From Tepidisphaera sp. (lineage in GTDB: Bacteria > Planctomycetota > Phycisphaerae > Phycisphaerales > UBA1924), in assembly GCA_050916045.1 (NCBI GenBank), contig CP051526.1, forward strand, positions 1,664,001 through 1,728,000: DNA of 64,000 nt, written 5' to 3'. The notes under the pieces are model-generated. The model was not told the DNA's origin, ran no database searches, and saw only the letters and a program-made list of their open reading frames with translations. Both the position numbers and the translations under genes were made by a program. Positions 21,585 through 32,030 of the stretch are shown here, in pieces (the first letter of the stretch is position 1; each line of letters opens with the position of its first letter).

Positions 21585-23105
21585 ATGTCAGACATCAGCA
21601 TCCAGAACACTCCCGCTTCCTCACAGGTCATCTCGACCGGCGAAGCGACCGGCATGATCCCCGTCGCGGGCGGGAAGTTCCCGCCGATCCGCGTCTTTGG
21701 AACGGAGAAGATCCGGAACGGGTTCGACGACCTGTGCATCAAGCAGGCGATCAACTCGCGGATGGCGCCGGGCGTGACGGACATCGTCCTCAACCCCGAC
21801 GCCCACGCCGGGTACGGCGCGCCCATCGGCTGCGTGATGGTGTCGCCCTCGCACATCTATCCCGGCCCGGTCGGGGTGGACATCAAGTGCTCGATGAGCT
21901 TGCTCCAGCTCAACCTCCCGGAGGATGCGGTCGCGGATAAGCGGGTTCGGCGCGAGCTGATCAACGCGATCCTCGAGCGGACGCCCACGGGCGCGGGTCG
22001 CGGCCAGCGGAAAGCTCCCAAAGCCCGGTTCGTGGATTACCAGCTCGGCAAGCGGGTCGTCACCGAGGGTGCTTCGGAGGGTGTGCTCCGCGAGATGGGG
22101 ATCCCCGTCGAGTGGGCTCAGCGGTGCGAGGATTCGCACCACACGGGGCACGACGACACGGCGGATGCCCTGCGGGCGCGGCTTGACGAGTACGTCTCGG
22201 CCGGGAACGGAGCGGAGGTCTTCGCGTCGAAGGTGTCGCAGCTTGGGTCGTACGGCGGCGGCAACCACTTCGGCGAGTGCGAGATCGTGCAGGTTGACGA
22301 TAACGACCAAGCCCGGTCGCGGGCGGAAGCGTTCGGGATGAAGGACAATCACGTCGCTTTCCTCTCGCACTGCGGCTCGCGTGGCTGGGGCGCGCTGCTT
22401 GCGGATCGGCAGTTCAAGTCCATGCAGCGGAAGTTCGAGGAGTGGGGGATCCCGCTTCCCGGAAACGACCGCCACATGGTGCACGCGCCGCTCGGCTCGC
22501 CCGAAGCCAACGCGTACCTGGATGACATGGCGATGGGCGCGAATTTCGCGACCGTCAACCACATGCTCATCAACGCGCTCGTGCTCGAAGCGTTCCGGGA
22601 GGTGATCCCCGGCACGACCGGCCAGCTCGTGTACTTCATCAGCCACAACATCGCTCGGAAGGAGATCGTGGACAACAAGCCGGCGTGGGTGCACCGAAAG
22701 GGCGCGACGCGGGCGTTCCCCGCGAAGCACCACGCTCTCAAGGAGACGCCGTTCTACGAGACGGGCCACCCGATCCTCCTGCCGGGCAACCCGCAGGATG
22801 GCTCGGCGGTGATGGTGGCCGAGCAGGGCGCGAAGGAGTCCGTGTACTCGGTGAACCACGGGGCGGGCCGCGCGATGAGCCGGACGGCGGCTCACAAGAC
22901 GCTCGACCAGGCCGCGATCGACAAGAGCTTCGCGGAAAGCGACATCTTGACGAACTGCCGCAACTACCCGCGGGATGAGGCTCCCCGGGCGTACAAGGAC
23001 TTCGAGGAGGTGCTCGCGAGCGTGAAGAAAGCGGGCTTGGCGAGCGAGGTCGCGCGGCTGAAGGCGCGGTTCGTGATCAAGGACGGGGATAAGGCGGATG
23101 ACTGA
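21585..23105 (+). CDS. rtcB: RtcB family RNA ligase
   Basis: PDAHAGYGAPIG, VGVDIKC, GGGNHF, HCGSRG, HN, HRKGATRA, HGAGR, DEAPRAYK motifs; RBS aaggtga. Confidence 0.95.
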   Translation: MSDISIQNTPASSQVISTGEATGMIPVAGGKFPPIRVFGTEKIRNGFDDLCIKQAINSRMAPGVTDIVLNPDAHAGYGAPIGCVMVSPSHIYPGPVGVDIKCSMSLLQLNLPEDAVADKRVRRELINAILERTPTGAGRGQRKAPKARFVDYQLGKRVVTEGASEGVLREMGIPVEWAQRCEDSHHTGHDDTADALRARLDEYVSAGNGAEVFASKVSQLGSYGGGNHFGECEIVQVDDNDQARSRAEAFGMKDNHVAFLSHCGSRGWGALLADRQFKSMQRKFEEWGIPLPGNDRHMVHAPLGSPEANAYLDDMAMGANFATVNHMLINALVLEAFREVIPGTTGQLVYFISHNIARKEIVDNKPAWVHRKGATRAFPAKHHALKETPFYETGHPILLPGNPQDGSAVMVAEQGAKESVYSVNHGAGRAMSRTAAHKTLDQAAIDKSFAESDILTNCRNYPRDEAPRAYKDFEEVLASVKKAGLASEVARLKARFVIKDGDKADD

Positions 23106-23125
23106 TCCGCTGTCGGAGGTGCTTC

Positions 23126-23671
23126 GTGGTCGAGCTCAAGGACAGAGCCCTGTCGGACGAGCGGGACGCTCTGATCGCGGACATCCATCGACACTTCGCC
23201 GACGTGGACCGCGTCGGCGGAGTGTCGTGGAGTGAGTCTGAGGTGATCGACGACTGGGGCCCGGAGGAGGACTGCGCCGCCGCGAGAGTCCGCGACGCGG
23301 AAGCGTCGTGGACCGAGCTGGTTGATGATCCGGAGTGGTCCACATGGACCGGCTATGGGGGCTTCAGTTTTCTCGACGGCATCGGGTTTCGGTACTACGC
23401 CGCGGCGGCGATGGTGCGCTGCTTGCGCACGATCGAGGACTGCGGAATCCTGTTCCACCTGAATCGCCCGAGATCCGACAAGCTCGCGAAGCAACAGCTG
23501 GCAAAGTTCACGCCGGTCCAGAGCGTCTGCGTCGCGAGGTTTCTGGATTTCATGGCGAGAGCGGCCGAAGCACGGTTCAGCAGGGACGATGCGGATTTCG
23601 CGGGCTGGCGAGCGGCTTTGGAATCGCGCTGGCTTGAGTTTCTCACGAAATCGGGTGACGGTCGAGAGTGA
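23126..23671 (+). CDS. Hypothetical protein, DUF6714-like (paralog 1)
   Basis: G.SWS....DDW, W.ELVDD.EW, SFLDGIGFRYY; aligns by eye with the next ORF. Family name is from recollection only. Confidence 0.7.
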   Translation: MVELKDRALSDERDALIADIHRHFADVDRVGGVSWSESEVIDDWGPEEDCAAARVRDAEASWTELVDDPEWSTWTGYGGFSFLDGIGFRYYAAAAMVRCLRTIEDCGILFHLNRPRSDKLAKQQLAKFTPVQSVCVARFLDFMARAAEARFSRDDADFAGWRAALESRWLEFLTKSGDGRE

Positions 23672-23675
23672 TTGA

Positions 23676-24224
23676 ATGAACACGCAGCCAGACAATCTCG
23701 AAGCCAGGAAAGAACGGCTTGTCGCGGAGATCCATCAGGCGTTCGCGACGACAAAGCTCGGGAGCGGCCTTTCGTGGTCGCAGACCGTTCAACTCGACGA
23801 CTGGGAGCCTGAGGAGATCGTGCGGGCCGGCCGCCATGTGGAGCCACCGCATTGGTTGGAGCTTGTCGACGACGCGGAGTGGCATCCGTTCCCCGGCATC
23901 GGCGGCTACAGCTTTATTGATGCGGAGGGGTTTCGATTCTACCTGCCCCCGACGATGATCCGCATGGTTCAAGGGTCTTGCGAGTGGTACCCCGGCCACC
24001 TGGTGGGAATCATCAATCGATTTGCGAGCGACGAGCCGGAATCGCTCTTTAACGAAAGCCAATGCCGCTGCATCGCCCGCTTCTTGAAGTTCATGCTCGA
24101 TTGGGAGCGTGCCATCATCGAGACCTCCAAGTACGAGAACTCGCAAGCACTGTTCGAAGGCGATGAAGCTCCCTGGCAAGCCGCGCTCGACTCGTTCTGG
24201 AACCGGTACCTTTCACCTTCGTAG
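23676..24224 (+). CDS. Hypothetical protein, DUF6714-like (paralog 2)
   Basis: GLSWS....DDW, WLELVDDAEW, SFIDAEGFRFYLP, Q..CIARFL.FM, W.AAL.S.W shared with paralog 1. Confidence 0.7.
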   Translation: MNTQPDNLEARKERLVAEIHQAFATTKLGSGLSWSQTVQLDDWEPEEIVRAGRHVEPPHWLELVDDAEWHPFPGIGGYSFIDAEGFRFYLPPTMIRMVQGSCEWYPGHLVGIINRFASDEPESLFNESQCRCIARFLKFMLDWERAIIETSKYENSQALFEGDEAPWQAALDSFWNRYLSPS

Positions 24225-24245
24225 TCCACTTCCGAAAGCTCAATC

Positions 24246-25256
24246 ATGCTTCACATCGACGGTTCACAAGGCGAGGGCGGGGGGCAGATCCTTCGGTCAT
24301 CGCTCGCGCTCTCCATGGCGACGGGCACGCCGTTTCGCATCTCGAACATCCGGGCCGGGCGTCCCAAGCCCGGCCTCATGCGGCAACACCTCACCTGCGT
24401 CCTCGCCGCTCAAGCGATCTCGTCCGCTGAAGTCAACGGCGCCGCCGTCGGCTCGCGCGAGATCACCTTCACGCCCGGCCCCGTCAAGCCCGGCCCCTAC
24501 AAGTTCGTCATCGGCACCGCCGGCGGCACGATGCTCGTCCTGCAAGCGGTCCTTCCCGCACTCCTCCGTGCGGGCGGGCCGTCGGTCATCACGATCGAGG
24601 GCGGGACGCACAATGAGCACGCGCCGCCCGTGGAGTTCGTCGAGCACGCACTCCTGCCGCTTCTCGCGCGGGCGGGGGCTTCGGTCAAGCTCACGCTCGA
24701 CCGGCACGGGTTCTATCCCGTCGGCGGCGGGCGTGTCGTCGTTGAGGTCGCGAGCCCGGCGGCTCCGGTACCGCTTGAGGTTATCGAGCGCGGCGAGCGG
24801 ACGGGTGCGAACGCCAGAGCGATCGTGTCGCGGCTTTCGGGCCAGATCGCGATGCGTGAGCTTGAGGTGCTTCGCGAGCGGATGGCGATGTCCGAGGATC
24901 AGACCGAGATGGTGCAGGTCAAGGACCCCGTGGGTCCGGGAAATGCGGCGTCGCTGACGCTTCGGTATGAGCACATCACCGAGGTCTTCTCGGCGGTGGG
25001 GGCGCCCGGGAAGTCGGCCGAGTCGGTCGCTCGCAGCATCGACCACGAGGCGCGAGGCTACATCGCGAGCGGCAAGCCCGTGGGGCCGCACCTCGCGGAT
25101 CAACTCATGGTCCCGCTCGCGATGCTCGCGGGCGGTCGGTACGCGACGGGCCCGCTCACGGCGCACGCCACGACGAACATGGCCGTGCTCCGTGACTTCG
25201 GCGTGCCCGCGGCGTGTGACGACGCCGGGGTGGTCACGGTCGGAACCCTGCGATAA
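24246..25256 (+). CDS. rtcA: RNA 3'-terminal phosphate cyclase
   Basis: IDGSQGEGGGQILRSSLALS, NIRAGRPKPGLMRQH, GGTH, GFYPVGGG, HLADQL. Confidence 0.96.
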   Translation: MLHIDGSQGEGGGQILRSSLALSMATGTPFRISNIRAGRPKPGLMRQHLTCVLAAQAISSAEVNGAAVGSREITFTPGPVKPGPYKFVIGTAGGTMLVLQAVLPALLRAGGPSVITIEGGTHNEHAPPVEFVEHALLPLLARAGASVKLTLDRHGFYPVGGGRVVVEVASPAAPVPLEVIERGERTGANARAIVSRLSGQIAMRELEVLRERMAMSEDQTEMVQVKDPVGPGNAASLTLRYEHITEVFSAVGAPGKSAESVARSIDHEARGYIASGKPVGPHLADQLMVPLAMLAGGRYATGPLTAHATTNMAVLRDFGVPAACDDAGVVTVGTLR

Positions 25257-25325
25257 ATCTGATTCGAGCGAGTCGGCGCCTGCGGGCGCCGGCTTTCCCG
25301 CGCTCAAGATCGGTCCAAAAACGAA

Positions 25326-25356
25326 GCTGGAGACTCGCAAGATGCGAGTCTCCAGC
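25326..25356. terminator. Hairpin between convergent rtcA and tRNA-Ser, probable terminator
   Basis: gctggagactcgca-aga-tgcgagtctccagc perfect 14-bp stem. Confidence 0.8.
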
Positions 25357-25360
25357 AAAA

Positions 25361-25452
<92 letters not shown>

Positions 25453-25521
25453 GGGTACGAGCGAAGGCAAGGATAGCCCCGCAGGCTTCGGGCTGCCACT
25501 GTAAGGGGGGTTCGGGCTGGA

Positions 25522-25944
25522 TCAGCGGCGAGACGCGGACGAGTCCACTGCGGCTTCGTCCGGGGCCGGGCCCACGAAATAGAACCTCGCAACCGCGATC
25601 TCGAACCGGTCGCCGTCGGGGTGTTCCATCAGGAACGCTCCCTCCATGGTCCCCCAACGCGTCTCGAGCGGGCAGAAGCTCGTGTACTCGTACGTGTCGC
25701 CGGGCTCAAGGGTCGGCTGCTGACCGACGACGCCGTCGCCCTCGACCACGTGGCGGTCGCCGTCGGCGTCGATGATGATCCAGCGCCGCTTGCGGAGCGT
25801 CGCCGTTCGGATCGAGTCGTTGCGGATGGTGATGTGGTACGCGAAGACATAGCTTGAACGCGTGGGGTCGGAGTTCTGAGGCAGGTACCTCGGCTCGACC
25901 TGAACGCTCAGCCCGTGCGTGGTGCACAGCGATCCGCGCGACAT
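25522..25944 (-). CDS. apaG: ApaG protein
   Basis: YVFAYHITIRN, R.WIIID, VEGDGVVGQQP, YTSFCPL.T..GTMEG. Confidence 0.93.
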   Translation of the reverse strand: MSRGSLCTTHGLSVQVEPRYLPQNSDPTRSSYVFAYHITIRNDSIRTATLRKRRWIIIDADGDRHVVEGDGVVGQQPTLEPGDTYEYTSFCPLETRWGTMEGAFLMEHPDGDRFEIAVARFYFVGPAPDEAAVDSSASRR

Positions 25945-25971
25945 GGCGTCAAACGTAACCATGACCGAATG

Positions 25972-26295
25972 CTATGGCTCCGGGCTTGGCCGGGGCGTTT
26001 GGGCCGGTTCGCCCGAAATCGCCCGAAACAACTGTGCGACCTCCGGCTCGTGGGTGGCCCATCGGACGCCCTCCGGCGATGCGTCGAGCTTGACGGAGCG
26101 AGATGCGAGGCTCCAAGTTTCCGCGGCACCAAGGAGCCCCGGAAGATCGGTCTTTCGTGCCCAAAGGACCCGCGCTTCCCCGCCGCTCAAGCCGACCGCC
26201 AGGTCCTGGACGCCCATCTCGGCCAAGGCGCCGGCGATCAGCACCGCTCGTTCCCGCGGGTTGCCGCGTGTGATGAGCCCAGAGTGCTCACTCAT
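25972..26295 (-). CDS. Hypothetical protein
   Basis: Fills the gap in a co-oriented run; ATG overlaps the upstream stop region; no motif recognised. Confidence 0.5.
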   Translation of the reverse strand: MSEHSGLITRGNPRERAVLIAGALAEMGVQDLAVGLSGGEARVLWARKTDLPGLLGAAETWSLASRSVKLDASPEGVRWATHEPEVAQLFRAISGEPAQTPRPSPEP

Positions 26296-27412
26296 CGCTG
26301 GCGGGCTCCGGGCGTGCCGCGGGGTCCTCATTGGTCACCGGACCCTGGGAAGACGAGGGCAGCCAGATCTCCCGCTCGTGCTGCCCGTCGCAGACCCGAC
26401 GCAGCAGCAGATACAGCACCGTCGAAGCGGCCGCGAAGACCGAAAGCGTGCAGGCGGCCGCCAGAAGCTCGGGTACCGACTCCCAGAGCCCCATGACCCT
26501 CGCGGCCATCGTGGCCGAGTCGCCATCGGACGCCAGGCTCTGGACGGTTTCTGCCGAAAGCCAGTGCGTGCACGCTCCTCGGGCAAGGGTGACGGCGGTC
26601 GAAGCGACCCAGTTTCCAATCCACCCCACCGCAAGGACCTGCGCGAGCCCGATGGCCGCGAACAGCGCCAGCCGAAGCGGTGCCGCGAGCACATACGCGA
26701 TCGGCCGCTGAAGTGCGTCGATCGCATCACCGCGACCATTCTCGCCCGATCCGGTGCCCTCGCACACGACGGCGGGCGCGAGCATCGGCGTTGCCAGGAC
26801 GAACGCGCCTCCGACAATCACCAAGCCGATCGACAGGATCACCGCCACACCGTAGAGCAACGCTCCGACGATGTTCAGTCCGCTCACGGACAGCAGCAGC
26901 CCGCCGACACCAGCGAACGCGAAGAGAACCACCGCGACCAGACCGGCCGGCACCAGAAGCACCGCCGCGAGAGATCCAAACCGGGCCGAAACCAGGCGAA
27001 GGGCACGCTTGGCGGGGACCAACTCGCCCGTGGCGAGCTCGACGGCCGCCATGCGAGCGATCGTCGCCATCGCCGCCATGACGACAAAAGCCGCTGGCGT
27101 CCCGACCGCGAGCAAGGCCCATGCATGGTCTGCGGCAAAGGTCGCGAACTGGCTCAACGCTCGAGAAGGCTCGCTCCAGGACCAAAGCCCGGCGCGTCCG
27201 AAAGCCGACTGCCAAAGCGAGAGCAGGCTCTGCGAAGTTTTCCACGGCACCGGGGTCCGGATCAGCCCCGCGATGATCACCATCGCCACCATCGCGATGA
27301 GGACACGCTCGGGCCTCAGGCCCAGTCCGGCGGCGCGGAGCATCTTGAGCCAGAGAGGAGCGGCAGGGGCCTCGGGGATGCGTGAAGGGATGCTGGAAGG
27401 GGTCGTGGTCAC
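26288..27412 (-). CDS. Hypothetical multi-pass membrane protein
   Basis: Several hydrophobic segments; ends YLLLRRVCDG; GTGA overlap with the upstream gene. Confidence 0.7.
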   Translation of the reverse strand: MTTTPSSIPSRIPEAPAAPLWLKMLRAAGLGLRPERVLIAMVAMVIIAGLIRTPVPWKTSQSLLSLWQSAFGRAGLWSWSEPSRALSQFATFAADHAWALLAVGTPAAFVVMAAMATIARMAAVELATGELVPAKRALRLVSARFGSLAAVLLVPAGLVAVVLFAFAGVGGLLLSVSGLNIVGALLYGVAVILSIGLVIVGGAFVLATPMLAPAVVCEGTGSGENGRGDAIDALQRPIAYVLAAPLRLALFAAIGLAQVLAVGWIGNWVASTAVTLARGACTHWLSAETVQSLASDGDSATMAARVMGLWESVPELLAAACTLSVFAAASTVLYLLLRRVCDGQHEREIWLPSSSQGPVTNEDPAARPEPASDE

Positions 27413-29175
27413 TCGCCGGGCATCCTACCACCCTCGGCCGGGGCGGGCGTCGGGACGAGGACCACCCAGTCGCGGCCCGGCATCATGCTGCTGGCTCGGG
27501 GCAGCGCGACCATGCGATGGGGATCGGTTGGCCTGAGGCTTTCGGCTTCGTCCTTCCGAAGCACGACGATTCCGTCCGGATGGGCGTTCCGCCAGGCGGA
27601 GACGGCTTGGAGATCAAGCCTCGCCACGCGGCCGCGCGAGTGGAAGACCATGCTGTCCTGGCGGTGCGTCGAAGCGATGGGCCTCACATCCCATCCCGGG
27701 ACGGACCTGACGGCGTCCATGATCCGCTCGGATTCGGCTCCAGGGATGAAGTTTGACCCGGAGGTGAACGCGGCGATGAGCGTCAGGAGCATGGACCAGC
27801 GACCAAGGCGAAGCAGCCGATCAGGTGTCCACGTGGGCTGGAGGCTCGCGAGCACCAGAAGCCCGAAAGCGACCGCTCCGCATGCGATGGCGAGGCTCCC
27901 GCGCATCGCGTGAGCCGAGCCGGGGGAAAGATCGGTCGCCCCGGCGAGGACCGCCGCGATCGCGAGGGCCATCCCGATCGCGAGCCATATTCCCTTGTCG
28001 AGCCTTCCCGGCCGCACGCCGCGGGCGGTCATCGCCACCGCCGCTCGCGCCGAGAGGATCGCGACGGCCGGGTAAAGCGGCATGGGGTAGTGAGCGAGTT
28101 TGGCTCCGAAGAGTTCGAAGAAGACCCATCCGGGCAAAGCCCACGCGAGCAGGAACGCGTCCTGCGGCTTTCCCAGCCGGCGGATCCACATCCGCTTCCA
28201 CCATGGCTTGCCGAGGTCGGCGGCGTTTCGCAGGGGCCAACCGGCGGAGAACGCATCGCGAACCGCACGGGCGGTCGAGAGCGACGCCGGCCAAAGCAAC
28301 GCGATCAGCAGCACGGCGTGCATGCCTGGGGGGCCCAGATGTCCCTCGCTCGAACCGCCCGCCCGGCCCATCGTCTCGTTCCAGACCAGCGAGGCGTACT
28401 CCGACCAGCCGAACCGGCTCGCGATCGCCCAGACCCAGGGCACCACCGCCGCCGCGACGATCGCCACCCCAAGCAACGGCTTGAGAGCAAGCGTCCACCG
28501 CCAGGAGCGACCGATAGCGCACAACGCAAGCAGCGTCAGCCCGGCCACGAGCGGGGTGATCGGCCCTTTGGTCATGACCCCCGCCGCGACCGCCACCCAG
28601 AACGAAAGTACCCATCCCACGCGCGGCTTGCCGCCCCGATGGGACGCGTGCCAGCAGAACCAGAGGCTTGTCATGGCCGCCGTCGTGAAGAAGAGGAGCA
28701 CCTGATCCGCACGGGCCTGATGAGCGTCGAACGCGATCAGCGGCGAGACCGCAAGCAGTGAGCCCGCGAGAAAGGCGACGCTCGGGCCAGACATCCGCCA
28801 CGCGAACGCCCACGTGAGAAACACCGTGCCGATCGCCGCCACCACGCTCGGCAAGCGGTACATCCAGATCGCGTCGCGCGAAACGTCCCCGCCGGTGCAG
28901 ATCCACGCGGTGCCCGCCTGAAGCCAGTAGATCAGAGGGGGCTTGTTCAGACGCGGTCGGTCCTGCACCCGGGGCATGACCCAGTCACCAGATTCGAGCA
29001 TCTGCCGGCTGGCCTGAGCGAACCGGGCTTCGTCGCGGTCGATCACCGGGATCGTCGAGAGCCCGGGGAGAACTCCGGGCAGATACACTGCAAGGCACAA
29101 GAGAAGCAACACCCCCGCCGCGAGCCACGGGCGGGACCACCATGTCTTGAATCCCCCGCCGACTCGCCCTCGCAT
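27409..29175 (-). CDS. ArnT/PMT-like (GT83/GT39) membrane glycosyltransferase
   Basis: DRDEARFAQASRQM, KPPLIYW, RLPS, MTKGP, K..HY..P.YP motifs. Start uncertain. Confidence 0.88.
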   Translation of the reverse strand: MRGRVGGGFKTWWSRPWLAAGVLLLLCLAVYLPGVLPGLSTIPVIDRDEARFAQASRQMLESGDWVMPRVQDRPRLNKPPLIYWLQAGTAWICTGGDVSRDAIWMYRLPSVVAAIGTVFLTWAFAWRMSGPSVAFLAGSLLAVSPLIAFDAHQARADQVLLFFTTAAMTSLWFCWHASHRGGKPRVGWVLSFWVAVAAGVMTKGPITPLVAGLTLLALCAIGRSWRWTLALKPLLGVAIVAAAVVPWVWAIASRFGWSEYASLVWNETMGRAGGSSEGHLGPPGMHAVLLIALLWPASLSTARAVRDAFSAGWPLRNAADLGKPWWKRMWIRRLGKPQDAFLLAWALPGWVFFELFGAKLAHYPMPLYPAVAILSARAAVAMTARGVRPGRLDKGIWLAIGMALAIAAVLAGATDLSPGSAHAMRGSLAIACGAVAFGLLVLASLQPTWTPDRLLRLGRWSMLLTLIAAFTSGSNFIPGAESERIMDAVRSVPGWDVRPIASTHRQDSMVFHSRGRVARLDLQAVSAWRNAHPDGIVVLRKDEAESLRPTDPHRMVALPRASSMMPGRDWVVLVPTPAPAEGGRMPGE

Positions 29176-30040
29176 GAACGCCCTTTCTCGAATCCGAAGC
29201 GCCCGCGATCATAACCGCGGCCTGGCCGCCCCGGTCCGCTGGGCACACCTCGGCTGGGCCGCGGCGTCCGACCTGGCATCCCTTGGCTTTCGATTCGTTC
29301 GCGTGGTCGATCAGCCCGCCCGCAAGCCGCTCTCGTGGACCATCCTTCTGCTTCTGCTTGCGATCGCCGTGTTCCCGCTCGACGGCCACATCTCCGCGTG
29401 GTTTGAGCGTCACCGGCCGCGCGGAGACCTGCGCCGCGAACTCGAAGCTCTCCAGCAGTTCGGACAGTTCGCCATGAGCATGGTCGTGGTCGCGGCGGTC
29501 TGGCTTTTGGACCGACCCCGCGCCCGGCGGCTTCTCGACTGGCTTGCCGGTGCGGTCGTCTGCCTCGTGACGATCAATCTGCTCAAAGCACTGGTCGGAC
29601 GCCCGCGGCCGGCGCTGGGCGACCCGTACTTTGCGACCGGCCCGGCGGGTCTCTACCCGGTGCCGGTGCCGAGCGGTTTTCGGATGGACTCGCCGTGGAC
29701 CAGCGGGTACGACCTTGCTTCCTTTCCCTCGCGGCACGCGTGCTTTGCCGCGTTGGCGGCGGTCTTTCTCTGCCGCATGGCCCCCACGCTTCGCCCGCTC
29801 GCCTTGGTGCTCGCGATGATCGTGGCGTCCGCGCGGGTGGTGATGGGCGCCCACTACCCGAGCGACGTCCTGGTCGGTGCGGCGATCGGCTACGCGATCG
29901 GTGTTTTCGCCACCCGCGGGTCCTGGGGCGTCCGGGCGGTGGATTGGGGCTGGAAGCGGTTTGTCGACCCCTTCGCCACGCCGGCCCTCCCCGCACTCCA
30001 AGCCCTCGACCTTCGGGCGGAAGCCAGTTCTCGCCCCTGA
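29147..30040 (+). CDS. PAP2 family membrane phosphatase
   Basis: K...GRPRP, SFPSRH, ARV..GAHYPSDV motifs. Start uncertain because the 5' end overlaps the divergent gene. Confidence 0.85.
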   Translation: MNPPPTRPRMNALSRIRSARDHNRGLAAPVRWAHLGWAAASDLASLGFRFVRVVDQPARKPLSWTILLLLLAIAVFPLDGHISAWFERHRPRGDLRRELEALQQFGQFAMSMVVVAAVWLLDRPRARRLLDWLAGAVVCLVTINLLKALVGRPRPALGDPYFATGPAGLYPVPVPSGFRMDSPWTSGYDLASFPSRHACFAALAAVFLCRMAPTLRPLALVLAMIVASARVVMGAHYPSDVLVGAAIGYAIGVFATRGSWGVRAVDWGWKRFVDPFATPALPALQALDLRAEASSRP

Positions 30041-30141
30041 ACCAGCCCGCCTGGCGGCCACGCCAACCCCTTCCAAACCCGGCCAACCGCCCCCACAGGT
30101 GATTTATCGCCCCGAGGGTGGCTACACTTGCCGCCCACTCA

Positions 30142-30228
30142 GGAGAGGTGTCCGAGTGGCTGAAGGAACGCGATTGGAAATCGCGTAAACGGGCAACCGT
30201 TTCGGGGGTTCGAATCCCCCCCTCTCCG
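30142..30228 (+). tRNA. tRNA-Ser(GGA)
   Basis: GGAGAGGTGTCCGAGTGGCTGAAGGAACGCGATTGGAAATCGCG...GGGGGTTCGAATCCCCCCCTCTCCG; anticodon GGA; long variable arm. Confidence 0.96.
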
Positions 30229-30270
30229 CTTCCAACAGCCCTTGCGCGAGCAAGGGCTGTTTTTGTAGGG
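30215..30270 (+). repeat. Left att-like direct repeat (tRNA 3' end plus terminator hairpin)
   Basis: 50 of 56 nt identical to 57732-57787; first 18 nt (tccccccctctccgcttc) identical. Confidence 0.9.
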
Positions 30271-30466
30271 GTCTCCCGACCGAGCCTGCACGAACGCGCC
30301 CCGAATGCCCCGGAACTGCCCCGGTTGCTTTCGTGCCTTGTTTTCCCCGCGGCAGTTCTCGTAGCCAAAATCTGACGTAGACCTTTCTGGTACACCAGCG
30401 GGCGTGCTCGCACCTACTGGCCCTTTCATCGCCCCAAGCGAGCCTTTAATGCGTACATGAAGCCTC

Positions 30467-31210
30467 GTGCCGCTTGGTATCTGCCGGGACGCTCACGCTC
30501 GAACGAAGCCTCCGATGCCGCTGCCTGGTCGCGACAGCGCCGAGTACCAGGACTTCATGACCGCGCTCTCGACAGCGCCTTTGTGCAAGGCCGCGTTCGC
30601 TTACGCGCCGCGCCACCGTCGTCACCAGAGTTGGGTACTCGTGCACAACGTCACGTACCGCGGCGGGAGCATCCTGGGCATGGCGCTGCGCGACGCCTAC
30701 CGCCGCAACGCCATCGATCGCAGCTCATGGGCCATTGAACACACCGACTGGGAGCACGCCCTCATCGAAGACTTGGTCTTCTTTCAGATCGCGCGATGGC
30801 CCGGGAAGCCGACCAAGTCGGGCCTTCGTCTCAATCGCTCGGTGTCGGCGCTGCTGACCTCGATGCCGCCCGGCATCACCCAGATCGCACTTCAGATTGC
30901 GCTGATGCGGCTCCGCGATGCGGGCCGCATCGTCGACTCACGCCCGAACCGCTGGTGTGTTTCTCACGCTGGCGACCAGGCTTCGGGGCAGCTGTTCTAC
31001 GCCTGGCTGGGGATGACGGTCGGTGCGCCGTACGGCGAGGAGGAGTACACGATCCGGGGGACGGATCTGCCGTCCTCAAGCGTCAGTCGCAAACGACCAC
31101 GTGACCTGTGCGAGCATCGCTGCTACTTGTGCTTCTTCCCAAGGACTGGTCTTGACCCCATCTTCGGTCCATGTCGGATGAGAGCCGATGGCTTCAACCG
31201 GCCAGGCTAG
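30467..31210 (+). CDS. Hypothetical protein, probably truncated by the IS3 element at 31147
   Basis: ORF runs into the IS terminal repeat; no motif recognised. Confidence 0.4.
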   Translation: MPLGICRDAHARTKPPMPLPGRDSAEYQDFMTALSTAPLCKAAFAYAPRHRRHQSWVLVHNVTYRGGSILGMALRDAYRRNAIDRSSWAIEHTDWEHALIEDLVFFQIARWPGKPTKSGLRLNRSVSALLTSMPPGITQIALQIALMRLRDAGRIVDSRPNRWCVSHAGDQASGQLFYAWLGMTVGAPYGEEEYTIRGTDLPSSSVSRKRPRDLCEHRCYLCFFPRTGLDPIFGPCRMRADGFNRPG

Positions 31211-32030
31211 CCTGGCCGGTTGAAGCGAACTCTCTGTGGGCCAGGTTGCCCAGAGCGCTGTGGGGTCGATGCTCATTGTAATCCGTCCGCCACGCCTCGA
31301 TCGTTTCTCGGGCTTCTTCCAGCGATTCGAAACAGTGCACGTTCAGGCACTCGGCCCGCGCCCGTGCGTTGAACGACTCGATCATCGCGCTGTCCGTCGG
31401 CTTTCCCGGTCGACCGAAGTCAAGTGTCACGCCCTTGCGATAGGCCCATGCGTCCAACGCTTTCGATGCGAACTCCGCGCCATTATCCACCGAAACGGTC
31501 CGCGGCTTGCTTCGCAACCGCCCCAGTCGATCCAGCACCGCGATCACCGCCGTGCTTCCCATCGACTGCCCGACTTCCATCGCCATGCTCTCTCGCGTGT
31601 AGTGGTCCACGATCGTCAGCACCCGGATCCTCCTTCAATCACCCAGTTGGTCCGCCATGAAGTCCATACTCCAACGCTCGTCTCTCGTGCTGGCCGCCGG
31701 CGTCATCTGTCGTACCTGTGCCGCCTTGCGCCGACGCGGACGTTTCGCCCGCATCGACAGGCCCTCTTCCCGGTAGATCCGGTACACCTTCTTGGCGTTC
31801 ACCGCCCAGCCTTCACGAGCCAGCAGAACATGCACGCGCCGGTAGCCCCACGTCACCCGTGCCGCCGTCAGCTCCTTGATCCGCATCCGCAGCACCGTGC
31901 ACGGGTCGCGCAGGCTCGCGTACCGCTGCACGCTCCGCGCGCAGACCAGCACCGCACACCCGCGCCGCTCGCCCACGTCATACGTCGCCCGCACGTACTC
32001 CACCAACTCACGCTTCCGCGCAGGCGTCAC
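31194..32030 (-). pseudogene. IS3 OrfB DDE transposase with in-frame stop
   Basis: WGYRR, WSMDF, DNGAEF, IESFN motifs; TGA at 31635-31637 splits one frame (DQLGD*RRIRVLT). Confidence 0.88.
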
